The translations under genes were made by a program, and so were the position numbers. Under the pieces are notes generated by a model that did not search any database, was not told where the DNA came from, and was given only the letters and a program-made list of their open reading frames with translations. From Candidatus Woesearchaeota archaeon (GTDB lineage Archaea; Nanobdellota; Nanobdellia; Woesearchaeales; GW2011-AR4), in assembly GCA_016185845.1 (NCBI GenBank), contig JACPMV010000002.1:1564-65563 (forward strand): 64,000 nt of DNA. The letters run 5' to 3'. This document shows, in pieces, positions 1 to 10,376 of the stretch. The stretch's first letter is position 1. Each line of letters begins with the position of its first letter.

Positions 1-285
1 AACTAAAACATTTTTTCCGGCTTCAATGGTTTTTTTTATCAATCCAAAATGGGTTGAGGCAGGAGCTGCTATTACAACGCAGTCCACATTTTTGTTTTTT
101 ATCAAAGAATCATCATTGCCTGTAAGAATTGCAGAGGAAGGAACGCTGCCTTTTATACAATCCAAGGTTTCCTTTGTCCTTGCAGCCACGCCAAAAAGGG
201 AAGCTCCCTGGATTCTCTGCAGGTTTCTTATGTAGTGCTTTCCGAACCTGCCGGCGCCTATGACTGCAAAATTAAGCCTTTCCAT
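1..285 (-). CDS. Gfo/Idh/MocA NAD-dependent oxidoreductase, N-terminal part (runs off window)
   Basis: Manual translation from ATG 285: MERLNFAVIGAGRFGKHYIRNL...VDCVVIAAPASTHFGLIKKTIEAGKNVLV. Not in the ORF track because there is no stop inside the window. Confidence 0.85.
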   Translation of the reverse strand, partial: MERLNFAVIGAGRFGKHYIRNLQRIQGASLFGVAARTKETLDCIKGSVPSSAILTGNDDSLIKNKNVDCVVIAAPASTHFGLIKKTIEAGKNVLV

Positions 286-317
286 AGAGAATTCTTTTGA
301 TTGTTAGTATAATAATC

Positions 318-2615
318 TTATGCATCCGGCGAGCTTGCCCTGAACCATTTGTTTAGCCTTTTTAGGCCAGTCTTCAGGTCAACTTTCGGCTCATAGCCAA
401 GATTTTTTTTGATTTTTGAAAGATTCGGGCATCTTCTGCTTGGCTCGTCCTGAGGATAATTCTCAGGATATTTTATCAGCTGCACTTTTATTTCATTGCT
501 GAACACATCTGCCGCTACCATATCAGCAAGCGCCTTCATGTTTATCTCATTATTCTCATTGCCTACATTGTAGACTTCCCCGTTTTTCTCAGAAAGAAGC
601 ACTTTGAAAAAGCCGGTTACAGCATCTGTCACGTAGCAAAAAGTCCTTGTCTGGCCGCCTTTGTCATGGACAGTCAGGTCTTTGCCCATATTGCCCTGGC
701 TTATGAACGTCGGCACTACCCTATAATCCTTCCCGCTCATTCCCGGGCCGAATACATTAAATGGCCTTACAATCTTTATAGGGGTTCCGTGAACTTTATA
801 GTGGGCCATGCATAAAGACTCTCCAAGCCTTTTGGACTCATCATAGCATGACCTGTCGCCGATTGAAGAGACATTTCCCCTGTAGCTTTCAGGGGTAGGC
901 ACAAACTTCGGATCAGGGTCGCCGTAGATTTCGCTCGAGCTGAAATAAAGGAAGCTTTTCGAATTCTTTTTTCTTGCAATCTCAAGAGCATTCCTGACGC
1001 CGTAGACAGTGCCTTCAATGGTTTCTATGGGGAACCTCTTGTAGTAGACGGGAGATGCAACTCCTGCAGCGCTTATTATGTAGTCTACTTCTCCCTCGTG
1101 ATTAAATGGGGCGCATACATCATGGGTTACAAACTCAATATGTTCGCTGGTTATCTCCTTGATAAGATTGTTCTTTTTGCCAACCAGATGATTGTCCATT
1201 GATATCACCTTGCAGGGAATCTTCAGATACTCCATATTCAGCCTGTCAATCACTGCAACAATATAGCTGCCAATGAATCCCGAGCCTCCTGTGACAAGCA
1301 GAGTTTTACCTTCAAGCTTTTTTGCATCTTCAGAGATTGCCGCGCAAATCTCGTCCAGGTCCTGCTCAACTGCGCTGCTGACTATTGAAGGCGCAGGCAC
1401 CGGTATGATGAACTTATCAAATCCTGCAAGCTTCTTCATTATGGGCTTTGCGAAGTTCCAGGCCAAAATCAGAATATAATCCGGCTTTTGTTTTGACAGA
1501 TGCCCGGCGCTTACCACTGGAATACGCATTCCCGGAGTGTAAAGCCCCTGCTTCCATTCGCTGTCGTCGACAATATAATCAAGAATATCTTCTCCAATGC
1601 TGAAATAGTTGAGCAAAGTATTTCCCTTTGCAGGAGCCCCATACCCAACAATTCTTTTATTTTGCGATTTCAGTTTTTTCAGCAAGTCCAGCAACGTTTT
1701 CTTGTTATTCTCGATTTTTTGCGCGAATTTTAGGTAAGTGCCAAGCTCATTAAGCTTTCTTTCACTTTCAATATGCATTAACTCTTCTACAGACTTTGAT
1801 TTTTTATGTTCGCCTCCTTTTTTCTGCACATATGCCCTTAATGAGCCTCCGTGCGTGTCAGTGACTTCGGCATCAAAAAGCTCAAGGCCTTTTCTTTCCA
1901 GCAAAGCCGACATTGTTTTTGCAGTGAAATAAGACAAATGCTCGTGGTATATCGTATCAAACAAATTCTTTTCAAGAAGCTCTTTCAGGTAGTAGACTTC
2001 CACCAAAAATATGCCGTCGTCATCAAGGAGCTCATTTACTCCGTCCAAAAACCCGTCAAGATCGTCAACATGGGAAAATACAGATGTTGCCGTAATCAAT
2101 TTCGCCCTGCCCCTTGCCTTTGCAATACCTTTTGCGACTTTTGCATCAAAGAACACCGGCAGAGTCTCTATCCCGCTTTTTGTGGCCATCTCCGCTATTT
2201 TTTCAGCAGGGTCTATTCCCAGGATTTTCATGCCGAGCTCCTTGAATGGCTTTAGAAGAATACCATCATTGCTGCCTATATCAACAACCAGGGAATTTTT
2301 TTGGAGATCAAACATGCTTATAATCTTGCCGGCAAGCTCCTTAAAATGCTGCACGAAAACAGGCGAGGTTGATGAAACATAAACGTAATTCCCGAACAAT
2401 AATTCAGGATCAACAATATCAACAAGCTGGACAAAACTGCAGCTGTTGCAGAAATAAACCTCAAGAGGGAAAGAAGGCTCTTTTGCATCAAGCTCCTCTT
2501 TTTTAAGGAAGGCATTTGCAGGCGGCATTGAGCCTAAGGAAATCACTTTCTTCAAATCAGTATGCCCGCATACCCTGCAATCTGCTCTTTTCTTTAATTG
2601 CTCCATGAAAATCAT
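318..2615 (-). CDS. Fusion of NDP-sugar C-methyltransferase and UDP-glucuronate decarboxylase-like SDR
   Basis: N-part: CRVC...CNSC zinc site, DIGSNDG, YHEHLSY, GYGAPAKGN. C-part: VTGGSGFIG, AASP-like GVASP, SSSEIYGD, RSCYDESKR. One continuous frame. Confidence 0.88.
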   Translation of the reverse strand: MIFMEQLKKRADCRVCGHTDLKKVISLGSMPPANAFLKKEELDAKEPSFPLEVYFCNSCSFVQLVDIVDPELLFGNYVYVSSTSPVFVQHFKELAGKIISMFDLQKNSLVVDIGSNDGILLKPFKELGMKILGIDPAEKIAEMATKSGIETLPVFFDAKVAKGIAKARGRAKLITATSVFSHVDDLDGFLDGVNELLDDDGIFLVEVYYLKELLEKNLFDTIYHEHLSYFTAKTMSALLERKGLELFDAEVTDTHGGSLRAYVQKKGGEHKKSKSVEELMHIESERKLNELGTYLKFAQKIENNKKTLLDLLKKLKSQNKRIVGYGAPAKGNTLLNYFSIGEDILDYIVDDSEWKQGLYTPGMRIPVVSAGHLSKQKPDYILILAWNFAKPIMKKLAGFDKFIIPVPAPSIVSSAVEQDLDEICAAISEDAKKLEGKTLLVTGGSGFIGSYIVAVIDRLNMEYLKIPCKVISMDNHLVGKKNNLIKEITSEHIEFVTHDVCAPFNHEGEVDYIISAAGVASPVYYKRFPIETIEGTVYGVRNALEIARKKNSKSFLYFSSSEIYGDPDPKFVPTPESYRGNVSSIGDRSCYDESKRLGESLCMAHYKVHGTPIKIVRPFNVFGPGMSGKDYRVVPTFISQGNMGKDLTVHDKGGQTRTFCYVTDAVTGFFKVLLSEKNGEVYNVGNENNEINMKALADMVAADVFSNEIKVQLIKYPENYPQDEPSRRCPNLSKIKKNLGYEPKVDLKTGLKRLNKWFRASSPDA

Positions 2616-3002
2616 CTATATTATTTTTACCCTGACTGTGTCGTCTTCGTAATGCTCATGGCTCCTTGATTCTGTTGCCAAAGTCAGGAATGCAGACTCT
2701 TCCAGAAATCTCATTACGTGGGGAGTCATCGGCGGCGTAAAAACCATATCGCCTTTATTCACTACAACTGCCTCAGTCTTTTTTGTTTTCAAGTCCTGCT
2801 CAGTGTATTCCATGCTCCCATGCAGCATGTAGACATAATGCGTGTCTTTCTTGTGATAATGGTTTGCCCTGACCGCGCCTTTTTTGCACGTAATCAACAG
2901 GGCGCTTTTTATGCTGGTCTTTCCGTCATCCAGAAGCTTGATTATTTTCCCCCTTTCATCTGTGAAATCCGGCTTCACATTTCTGGTTATTCTTATAGGC
3001 AT
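2616..3002 (-). CDS. Cupin protein (sugar epimerase/isomerase-like)
   Basis: DERG, RANHYHK, PHVM cupin motifs; ATG at 3002 preferred as start. Confidence 0.75.
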   Translation of the reverse strand: MPIRITRNVKPDFTDERGKIIKLLDDGKTSIKSALLITCKKGAVRANHYHKKDTHYVYMLHGSMEYTEQDLKTKKTEAVVVNKGDMVFTPPMTPHVMRFLEESAFLTLATESRSHEHYEDDTVRVKII

Positions 3003-3090
3003 ACAAATCCCAATATGCGTGAAAATTCCCCTCTTTTTAAGCGTTGCTGTCAAGAAAAACAGGAAATTCGGCTATTTTGCATTTTAAGAA

Positions 3091-3104
3091 ACTATTTAAA
3101 TAGT
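3091..3104. promoter_or_regulatory. Palindromic TATA-box candidate between divergent genes
   Basis: ACTATTTAAATAGT, perfect 14-bp palindrome; same core recurs at 53859-53874. Confidence 0.55.
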
Positions 3105-3146
3105 CGGCTTAACCTAGTGAATATTGAATTTAGCGGTGCTGTTTAA

Positions 3147-3854
3147 ATGAGAAAAAAACTGTCAGTGATAATCCCGGTTTACAACGAAAAAGACACAATA
3201 GCTAAAATAATAAAAAAAGTTGAGTCAGTAAGGCTTCCAAACTGCGATAAGGAGATCATACTTGTAGATGATTGCTCAAAAGACGGCTCAAGAGATATGA
3301 TAAAAAATATTAAAGGAAGATATGTAAAGATTCTGCAGCCCAAAAATATGGGAAAAGGGGCTGCGCTCAAAGCCGGCATAAAAGCAGCAACCGGAGATTT
3401 TATAATCTTTCAGGATGCAGACCTGGAGTACGATCCAAATGATTACGGGAAGCTTTTGAGGCCCATAATGGAAGGCAGGGCAAGCATAACCTTCGGCTCA
3501 AGGTTTTCAAAGCAGTCAAAGATTATTCCAAAAAAGCAAACAATGCATCCTTTGCACTGGATAGGCAACCAGGGTCTAAAATTCATATTCAACCTTCTTT
3601 ATGGGACTAATCTTACTGATGTAGAGCCGTGCTACAAGATGTTCAGGAGCGATGTGCTAAAAAGCGTTGATGTGAAATCAGACAGGTTTGAATATGACAT
3701 AGAGCTCATGTGCAAGCTTGTGAAAAAAGGCCATAAGATACTTCAGATGCCCATAAACTTCCATCCAAGAAGCTTTGAGGAAGGGAAGAAGATAAACTGG
3801 AAGGACGGGATTATTGCAGCATGGGTCATGGTGAAATACCGTTTTGTGAATTAA
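3147..3854 (+). CDS. GT2 glycosyltransferase (polyprenol-phosphate glycosyltransferase-like)
   Basis: [32 protein letters not shown]. Confidence 0.9.
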   Translation: MRKKLSVIIPVYNEKDTIAKIIKKVESVRLPNCDKEIILVDDCSKDGSRDMIKNIKGRYVKILQPKNMGKGAALKAGIKAATGDFIIFQDADLEYDPNDYGKLLRPIMEGRASITFGSRFSKQSKIIPKKQTMHPLHWIGNQGLKFIFNLLYGTNLTDVEPCYKMFRSDVLKSVDVKSDRFEYDIELMCKLVKKGHKILQMPINFHPRSFEEGKKINWKDGIIAAWVMVKYRFVN

Positions 3855-3908
3855 GCATATAGAAAATTGCGATTATTTATCGTCATTTATTTACCGCAAT
3901 TTACGATA

Positions 3909-3920
3909 TATTTATAAATA
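3909..3920 (+). promoter_or_regulatory. TATA box, probable leaderless transcript
   Basis: TATTTATAAATA ending 20 nt before ATG 3941. Confidence 0.55.
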
Positions 3921-3940
3921 AAATTCTTCCGTTATATGCT

Positions 3941-5137
3941 ATGAAAACATGCTTAGTGCTGGCTTCAACATTCCCGAGGTGGAAGAACGACACAACCCCC
4001 AGTTTTATCTATGAATTAAGCAAAAGACTGATGTCCAAAGACAGGGCTATGGTAGTTTTAGCCCCGCATGCCGGCAATGCAAAAAAGCACGAGTTCTTTG
4101 ACAAATTAGATGTATACAGATTCCAATATTTTTTCCCTTCAAGCATCCAAAAAGTGGCTTACGGAGCAGGCATAATCTCAAATGTTAAATCCAGCCTTTT
4201 TACTATGCTGCAGGTGCCTTTTTTTCTTTTGTCCGAATATATTAAAACAGCAATCCTTATCCGAAAATACAATCCAGAAGTCATTCATGCGCACTGGCTC
4301 ATACCTCAGGGAATAATAGCCAGCATGCTCAAAGGAGATAAAAAGCTGATTGTCACAATACATGGCAGCGACTTGTTTCCCTTAAAAAACCCATTCTTTA
4401 AATCATTACAAAGAAATGTGCTGAAAAGCTGCGATATCTGCACTGTAAACAGCGAAGCTACAAAAAATGAACTGATTAAAAGATTTCCCGAATACAAAAA
4501 CAAAGCCATAATAATCCCTATGGGCGTTGATACGCAATTATTCAAGAAAAATGACAAATTGAAAATAAGCAAATACAAAAATAACAAAATTATCCTTTTT
4601 GCCGGAAGGCTGAATGAGCAGAAAGGAGCCGAATACCTGATAAAAGCCATGGCTATTGTCAATAAAAGAATAAAAAACGCCAAATTACTGGTTATCGGAG
4701 AAGGCGAGCATAAGAAAGAGCTGCAAAAGATTGCATATTCTTTAAATATCGACAATATAGAGTTTCTCGGCCCAATAAACCAAAGGGGGCTTGCTGATTA
4801 TTACAATACGGCTGATGTGTTTGTTCTTCCTTCTGTCACGAGCAGGATAGGCACAGAAAGTCAAGGCCTTGTATTGCTTGAAGCAATGTCATGCGGCACT
4901 CCAGTGATAGGCACAAATACTGGCGGAATACCTTCCATAGTAAAAAATAACCAGACTGGAATACTTGTCAATGAAAGAAATGAAAATGAATTATCCAATG
5001 CAATAACTAAGATAATGTCTGATAGAAAATTATTACAGAAATTATCAACTAATGGGATTAAATTTGTCAAAAATAACTATTCCTGGGACATCGTTGCCAA
5101 GAAGTTTGATGACCTGTATAAGAAAATGGAAAAATGA
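3941..5137 (+). CDS. GT4 glycosyltransferase
   Basis: HAHW, AGRLNEQKG, ESQGLVLLEAMSCG. Confidence 0.92.
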   Translation: MKTCLVLASTFPRWKNDTTPSFIYELSKRLMSKDRAMVVLAPHAGNAKKHEFFDKLDVYRFQYFFPSSIQKVAYGAGIISNVKSSLFTMLQVPFFLLSEYIKTAILIRKYNPEVIHAHWLIPQGIIASMLKGDKKLIVTIHGSDLFPLKNPFFKSLQRNVLKSCDICTVNSEATKNELIKRFPEYKNKAIIIPMGVDTQLFKKNDKLKISKYKNNKIILFAGRLNEQKGAEYLIKAMAIVNKRIKNAKLLVIGEGEHKKELQKIAYSLNIDNIEFLGPINQRGLADYYNTADVFVLPSVTSRIGTESQGLVLLEAMSCGTPVIGTNTGGIPSIVKNNQTGILVNERNENELSNAITKIMSDRKLLQKLSTNGIKFVKNNYSWDIVAKKFDDLYKKMEK

Positions 5138-6180
5138 AAGCAGCAAAAATAATTTTATATGATTTTTTCGGCAGCAGAATCGGAAAATCAATACTAAACT
5201 TGTTATCCCACTTCGTATATGCCAATAATCTTAAAAAAATCAATAAAAAAAACAATAATGCGCCAAAAAAATTCCTTGTATGCATAACAATTGACACGGA
5301 ATCAGGATATGTTAAAGATAACGATGAAAGGGCATGGCAAAAAGACGAGCCTGAAGCCTACATCGGCTATTACAAAGGAGTTGAGAACTGGAGAAATCTT
5401 CTGAATGAACACAATGCAAAGGCCACTTTTTTCCTGTCGACAAACTGCTTTAATGCAAGAAACGAAGGATTAACAAAAATAGACGACCAATTAAAATTAT
5501 TATTGAAGGAAAAGCATGAAATTGGGCTGCATATGCATCCTGACAGCGACCAGGCTCTGCAGATTGCCCTTAAGGAAAAATTCCATTATACAGGCGCAAA
5601 ATTCTATGACTATGATAAAATAAATAAATTCATTAAAATCGGAAAAGAATTAATACAAAAAAATATCGGAATAAACCCAACAAGCTTCAGGTGGGGGAAC
5701 TGGGCATTGAATACGGATGCTGTTAAAGCGCTTCAGGCTAATGGGTTTAATGTCGACAGCTCTGCAACTCCCGGGATAAGTGGGCATTTGAATGCCGGAA
5801 TGCATTATGATTGGTCTAAAGCCAGGGAACATTATCCTTGGAAGCTGTCATTAAAGGATTATCAGAATACTATAAGCCAGGATTCTAAGATTATTGAGAT
5901 TCCGATTGCAACATTCAAACTTTTTGGAGTAACTTTGAGGGCTGATCCTGTTTATTCCGAACTATTAAATTCAGCCTTTGATCATTATTACAGGAATGCA
6001 GACAGGAGCGAAAAACCATTTGCTTTTATGGTTATATCACACAGCATAGAAGCAACGCATGAAGACGGAAGCATCACAAGAGTGATAAAAGATATGGGGG
6101 AGTTTATCAATCATGCCAAGAAGCTTAAGGATGTAGAGTTTGTCACTGTAAACACGGCTTATAAGGGAATAAATCAGTAA
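5134..6180 (+). CDS. Polysaccharide deacetylase-like (NodB/WalW-type) protein
   Basis: ITIDTE, ATFF, HEIGLHMH, SFRWG, VDSS. Confidence 0.75.
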   Translation: MKAAKIILYDFFGSRIGKSILNLLSHFVYANNLKKINKKNNNAPKKFLVCITIDTESGYVKDNDERAWQKDEPEAYIGYYKGVENWRNLLNEHNAKATFFLSTNCFNARNEGLTKIDDQLKLLLKEKHEIGLHMHPDSDQALQIALKEKFHYTGAKFYDYDKINKFIKIGKELIQKNIGINPTSFRWGNWALNTDAVKALQANGFNVDSSATPGISGHLNAGMHYDWSKAREHYPWKLSLKDYQNTISQDSKIIEIPIATFKLFGVTLRADPVYSELLNSAFDHYYRNADRSEKPFAFMVISHSIEATHEDGSITRVIKDMGEFINHAKKLKDVEFVTVNTAYKGINQ

Positions 6181-6266
6181 CTTTGATTTTTTTCAAGCCT
6201 CTCTGAGCCGCATCATAAGCTTTATAAATGATTTTCCTCCCTAAAATACAATATAAAAGGCGAATC

Positions 6267-9146
6267 ATGATAAAGAAAAAAATAATCAGCGTAGTCTATA
6301 GCCCGGCAGTCCTTGACCTTTTTCATTATGGGCATCTGCAATCATTAAAATTTGCAAAATCACAGGGAGACTACTATATCTGCGGAATTCTTACAGATAA
6401 GGCAGCCCAATATTACAAGAAAAAACTCGTATCGAATTTTAAGGAAAGAAAGGCTATAGCATCGAGCATCAAGTTTATTGACGAGATAATGGTGCAGGAT
6501 GATACAGATCCTACAAAAAACCTCAAGAAAATATTCCAGCGCTTTAAAGATGCAAAAATAATATTGGTTCACGGCAACGACTGGAGGAAGATACCCGGAG
6601 AAGATTTTGTCAAAAGCATTAATGGAAAAATCCTTACACATCCCTATTACACCGGGCTTTCAGATTTTAAGATAATAAGCAAGCTGCTTGAAAGATACAA
6701 GGACAAGTTTTCCACGTTTGAAGATTTTGTGGGTTATTTCCAATTGAAAGATTTTACTTATTTCAACCCAAGAACGCTTAAAGGAACAATTTTTGCCTCT
6801 AAGGCAGACACTTTACGATTCCTCAAGCCGCTGCTGAAAAAGTCAAACATAGAAGATATGCTTGTTTTTACCGTCCTTGATTGGAAGGAAGAGAAGCGTG
6901 AATTGATAAAAAAAATCAATAAAACATTCAAGAAATCAAAAATAGCAGTCAGGAGCTCTGCTTTGAATGAGGATTCTTCTGAAGGGTCAATGGCGGGATA
7001 TTTTCACAGCGAGCTCAACGTGCCTGCAGACAGCTTTGCAAAGATAGAGGCTGCCGTACAAAATGTCGTGAATTCTTACAACGAGAAGAAATCAGACTTC
7101 ATGATAAACCAGGTGCTTGTGCAGCAGTTCATGGAGAATGCCGCATTAAGCGGCGTAGCATTCACAAGAACAATTGAGAACTTGCCATATTATGTGATAA
7201 ATTACGATGAAAGCGGAAGCACAGACAGCGTTACGAAAGGCATAGAAAACAAGAGCATTAAAATATCCAGGTTTTGCGACCCGAGAGAATATCCCCGGAA
7301 GTTTGCCAGCTTGATGGAATCAATAAAAGAAATTGAAGCAATAATCCCCAACATTGCATTGGACATAGAGTTCGCGGTTAAAAAGTCCGGAGAGGTAACC
7401 ATATTTCAAGTAAGGCCTTTGACTGTAAATCTTGGAGTGCAGATAGAAGATGCGAAAATTAGAGAATCAATCAAGGAACTAAAAGCAAGATTCATAAACT
7501 TATCAAAAAGAAAAGCCCATCTAGCGGGAGACAGCAATATATTCGGCGACATGCCGGACTGGAACCCTGCTGAGATAATAGGAGACTCCCCCAATCACCT
7601 GGATTATTCGCTTTATGATTATGTAATAACCGGAAGCGTATGGCATCAGGCAAGGACTTCACAAGGATATGCCGACGTCAGCCCGGCAAAACTTGTTGTG
7701 TTATTTGGGAATAAGCCATATGTTGATGTAAGGAATACATTTAACTCTTTTATTCCTGCCGGGATAAGCAGGCCGCTAATGGAAAAATTAATGAATTTTT
7801 ATTTTAGCAAGCTTAAAAAAAATCCTGAGCTTCAGGATAAAGTGGAATTTGAAATAGTCTACACATGTTACGACCTTTCTTTTGATAAAAGGGCCAAAGA
7901 GCTTGAGGATTTCGGCTTCTCCAAAAAAGAAACAAACGAAATTAGAAATAATCTTATAAGTTTGACAAACAATCTCATAAGATCCTCAAAGAATTCCATT
8001 TGGAAGGATATGAATGATGTTTTCCAGATGGAGAACAAAAGGCAGGAAGTAAGATCCCGGCATAAGAAGGAAGTCAAACAATTATTAAAAAATGCGAAAG
8101 AGCTGCTTGATGGCTGCAAGATAAACGGGACTTTACAATTCTCAAGGCTTGCAAGGCTGGCTTTTATAGGAAATATACTATTGAAAAGCATGGTAGCGGA
8201 GCATACTATAACCCAAGATGTATATGATTCCTTTTTAAATTCAATAAATACGGTTGCAAAGAAAATGAACAGTGAATTTAATCTTTTTATCCGGGGGAAG
8301 ATATCCCTGGAAGAATTCCTAAAGCACCATGGCCACTTAAGGCCGGGCACATATGACATAACGAGCGCAAGGTACGACAGAAATCCAAAAATATTCAAAA
8401 GCCTTAATGCGCCCAATGTTCAGCATGACAGCCGGACAAATTTATTGCCAGACGCGGCAGTAATGAAAAAAATCAGCAAATCCCTAAAGAATAACGGCAT
8501 AGATGCGAATGCAGAGGATTTTCTCAATTTCGCGAAATCGGCCATTGAAGCAAGAGAACTATCCAAGTTTGAATTTACTAAAAGCCTTAGCGATGCTATA
8601 GAACTTATTGCAGAGGCCGGAGAGCTCCTTGGATTTTCCAGAGCTAAACTTGCAAATCTGGATACTGAAACACTTTTCGGCAGCATAAACATGAAAGAGA
8701 GCAAATCAACCGGATTATGGGCCGATACAATTAAAAATAGGATGGAATCAAGAGCCATAAACGAATTTTTGGCCCTCCCCCCAATAATATTCTCAGAGAA
8801 TGACTTTGACGTTGTAAGTTATTATTCTTCAAGGCCCAACTTCATAACTCAAAAGAGGGTGGAAGCCGACTTAGCAAATATAGACAGCCACAAATACCGG
8901 GATTCAGACCTGAAAGGGAAAATAATTATGCTGGAGAATGGCGATCCTGGCTATGACTGGATATTTACAAAAGGGCCAGCTGGGCTAATTACAAAATATG
9001 GCGGAGTCGCTTCCCACATGTCAATACGCTCTGCAGAATTTGGATTGCCGGCAGCCATCGGATGCGGAGAAATATTTGACAAAATAAAATCGTGCAAGTC
9101 ACTAATGCTTGACTGCAGGCAGAAAAAGATAATGCCGCTCAACTAA
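6267..9146 (+). CDS. L-glutamine kinase-like PEP-utilizer (Cj1418-type) with N-terminal HXGH cytidylyltransferase domain
   Basis: N-term DLFHYGH; ATP-grasp VRSSALNED...SMAG and DIEFA; DWNPAEIIG; HGHLRPGTYDITS; C-terminal phospho-His swivel TKYGGVASHMSIR. ATG 6267 preferred over 6228, which abuts a TATA motif. Confidence 0.85.
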   Translation: MIKKKIISVVYSPAVLDLFHYGHLQSLKFAKSQGDYYICGILTDKAAQYYKKKLVSNFKERKAIASSIKFIDEIMVQDDTDPTKNLKKIFQRFKDAKIILVHGNDWRKIPGEDFVKSINGKILTHPYYTGLSDFKIISKLLERYKDKFSTFEDFVGYFQLKDFTYFNPRTLKGTIFASKADTLRFLKPLLKKSNIEDMLVFTVLDWKEEKRELIKKINKTFKKSKIAVRSSALNEDSSEGSMAGYFHSELNVPADSFAKIEAAVQNVVNSYNEKKSDFMINQVLVQQFMENAALSGVAFTRTIENLPYYVINYDESGSTDSVTKGIENKSIKISRFCDPREYPRKFASLMESIKEIEAIIPNIALDIEFAVKKSGEVTIFQVRPLTVNLGVQIEDAKIRESIKELKARFINLSKRKAHLAGDSNIFGDMPDWNPAEIIGDSPNHLDYSLYDYVITGSVWHQARTSQGYADVSPAKLVVLFGNKPYVDVRNTFNSFIPAGISRPLMEKLMNFYFSKLKKNPELQDKVEFEIVYTCYDLSFDKRAKELEDFGFSKKETNEIRNNLISLTNNLIRSSKNSIWKDMNDVFQMENKRQEVRSRHKKEVKQLLKNAKELLDGCKINGTLQFSRLARLAFIGNILLKSMVAEHTITQDVYDSFLNSINTVAKKMNSEFNLFIRGKISLEEFLKHHGHLRPGTYDITSARYDRNPKIFKSLNAPNVQHDSRTNLLPDAAVMKKISKSLKNNGIDANAEDFLNFAKSAIEARELSKFEFTKSLSDAIELIAEAGELLGFSRAKLANLDTETLFGSINMKESKSTGLWADTIKNRMESRAINEFLALPPIIFSENDFDVVSYYSSRPNFITQKRVEADLANIDSHKYRDSDLKGKIIMLENGDPGYDWIFTKGPAGLITKYGGVASHMSIRSAEFGLPAAIGCGEIFDKIKSCKSLMLDCRQKKIMPLN

Positions 9147-9147
9147 A

Positions 9148-9834
9148 ATGCTATGCGCAATTTCCCAAAGAAATATGAAGATGGGCAATGGCAATAGAGA
9201 TGCGCTCGAGAATAGCTACGTTGAATATTATGAGAAGTTCGGGATTACGCTGGCCCCTATCCCAAATACATCAAAAAATATTGGCGGATATTTCAACAGT
9301 CTGAATGTTAACGGAATTATACTGACGGGCGGCGATGATATTCACCCAAGCCTGTACAGAGGTTCGGCCATAGATGGAAACTACTCAAATGAAAGAGATA
9401 GAACTGAAATTAAACTCCTTAAAATAGCTGTTTCTAAAAGGATTCCGGTTCTGGCAAACTGCAGGGGCGCCCAGCTCATGAATGTTTTTTTTAAGGGAAA
9501 ACTTGTCCAGAATATCAAGGATAAGAATGCGGATAACCATGTTGCAGTCTCCCACAAAATCTCGATTATTGACGATAATGCGCGCAAATTTTTTGGTAAA
9601 AATAATTTTACTGTGAATTCGTACCACAATCATGGCATTGACCGGGAGTCATTATCAAAAAAACTTATTCCTTTTGCAGTTTCCAATGACGGGTTTGTAG
9701 AAGGGTTCTACCATCCAAAGTTTCCGATGGCAGGAATCTTGTGGCATCCCGAAAGGCAAGGCTCTGATAAGGAAGCAGATAGGAAACTGATTAAATCATT
9801 TTTAAACCAAAAGCTGTTTTGGAAAGCAAAATGA
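9148..9834 (+). CDS. Class I glutamine amidotransferase / peptidase C26 (gamma-glutamyl-CDP-amidate hydrolase-like, Cj1417-type)
   Basis: LTGGDD, NCRGAQ nucleophile elbow, VNSYH, WHPE; directly follows the glutamine kinase-like gene. Confidence 0.85.
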   Translation: MLCAISQRNMKMGNGNRDALENSYVEYYEKFGITLAPIPNTSKNIGGYFNSLNVNGIILTGGDDIHPSLYRGSAIDGNYSNERDRTEIKLLKIAVSKRIPVLANCRGAQLMNVFFKGKLVQNIKDKNADNHVAVSHKISIIDDNARKFFGKNNFTVNSYHNHGIDRESLSKKLIPFAVSNDGFVEGFYHPKFPMAGILWHPERQGSDKEADRKLIKSFLNQKLFWKAK

Positions 9835-10343
9835 GCATAAGGCAGATCGGAGTGGTTTGCTACGGAAATATAGCGAGAAGCCAGGTTCTTGGCATCTATT
9901 TAAAGAAATTTCTGAATGATGAGGGCATCAACAATGTCAGAGTCTACTCTGTCGGAACCGCTCCATACGAAGCTTTTCCAGACACCCCTGTTCTAATCAG
10001 AGAAGTTGGAGAAAAATTGAAAGAAAGGGGGGTAAATTCCACGCCAAGAAGAAATTCTTGGACTGAAGAATCAAGAAAAGAATTAGGGTTATCTGATATT
10101 ATACTAGTTGCAGATGAAAAAAGGAAAAAAGAGGTCATGGGTAGATTAGGATATAAGATTACAAGAGATTGCGTTTATACTTTTTATCAGTTTATCGGCG
10201 AGGGAGAAAAAGGCTTCGAAGATTCCTATGATTATGAAAAAAGGCGCCAGGACCCGGTGAAATTCGGAAAAATCTTCGACGAGCTTGAAAGAATAGCAAA
10301 AAAAGCCGCAGAAAGGATCAAACTGATGCAAAACCTTAATTAA
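9831..10343 (+). CDS. Low-molecular-weight phosphatase family protein
   Basis: CX5R loop VCYGNIARSQ; ATGA overlap with the upstream stop. Confidence 0.75.
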   Translation: MSIRQIGVVCYGNIARSQVLGIYLKKFLNDEGINNVRVYSVGTAPYEAFPDTPVLIREVGEKLKERGVNSTPRRNSWTEESRKELGLSDIILVADEKRKKEVMGRLGYKITRDCVYTFYQFIGEGEKGFEDSYDYEKRRQDPVKFGKIFDELERIAKKAAERIKLMQNLN

Positions 10344-10376
10344 GTTTAAATATACTAATATCTCCTCTTTTTTAAC

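Noticed and set aside
2616..3002. Cupin as methylphosphonate synthase or HEP dioxygenase
   Set aside because: Too short, single domain, and embedded among sugar-modifying genes far from pepM.
6267..9146. Central-metabolism PEP synthase or pyruvate phosphate dikinase
   Set aside because: The His swivel domain is C-terminal with no pyruvate-binding barrel after it; neighbours match the phosphoramidate pathway.
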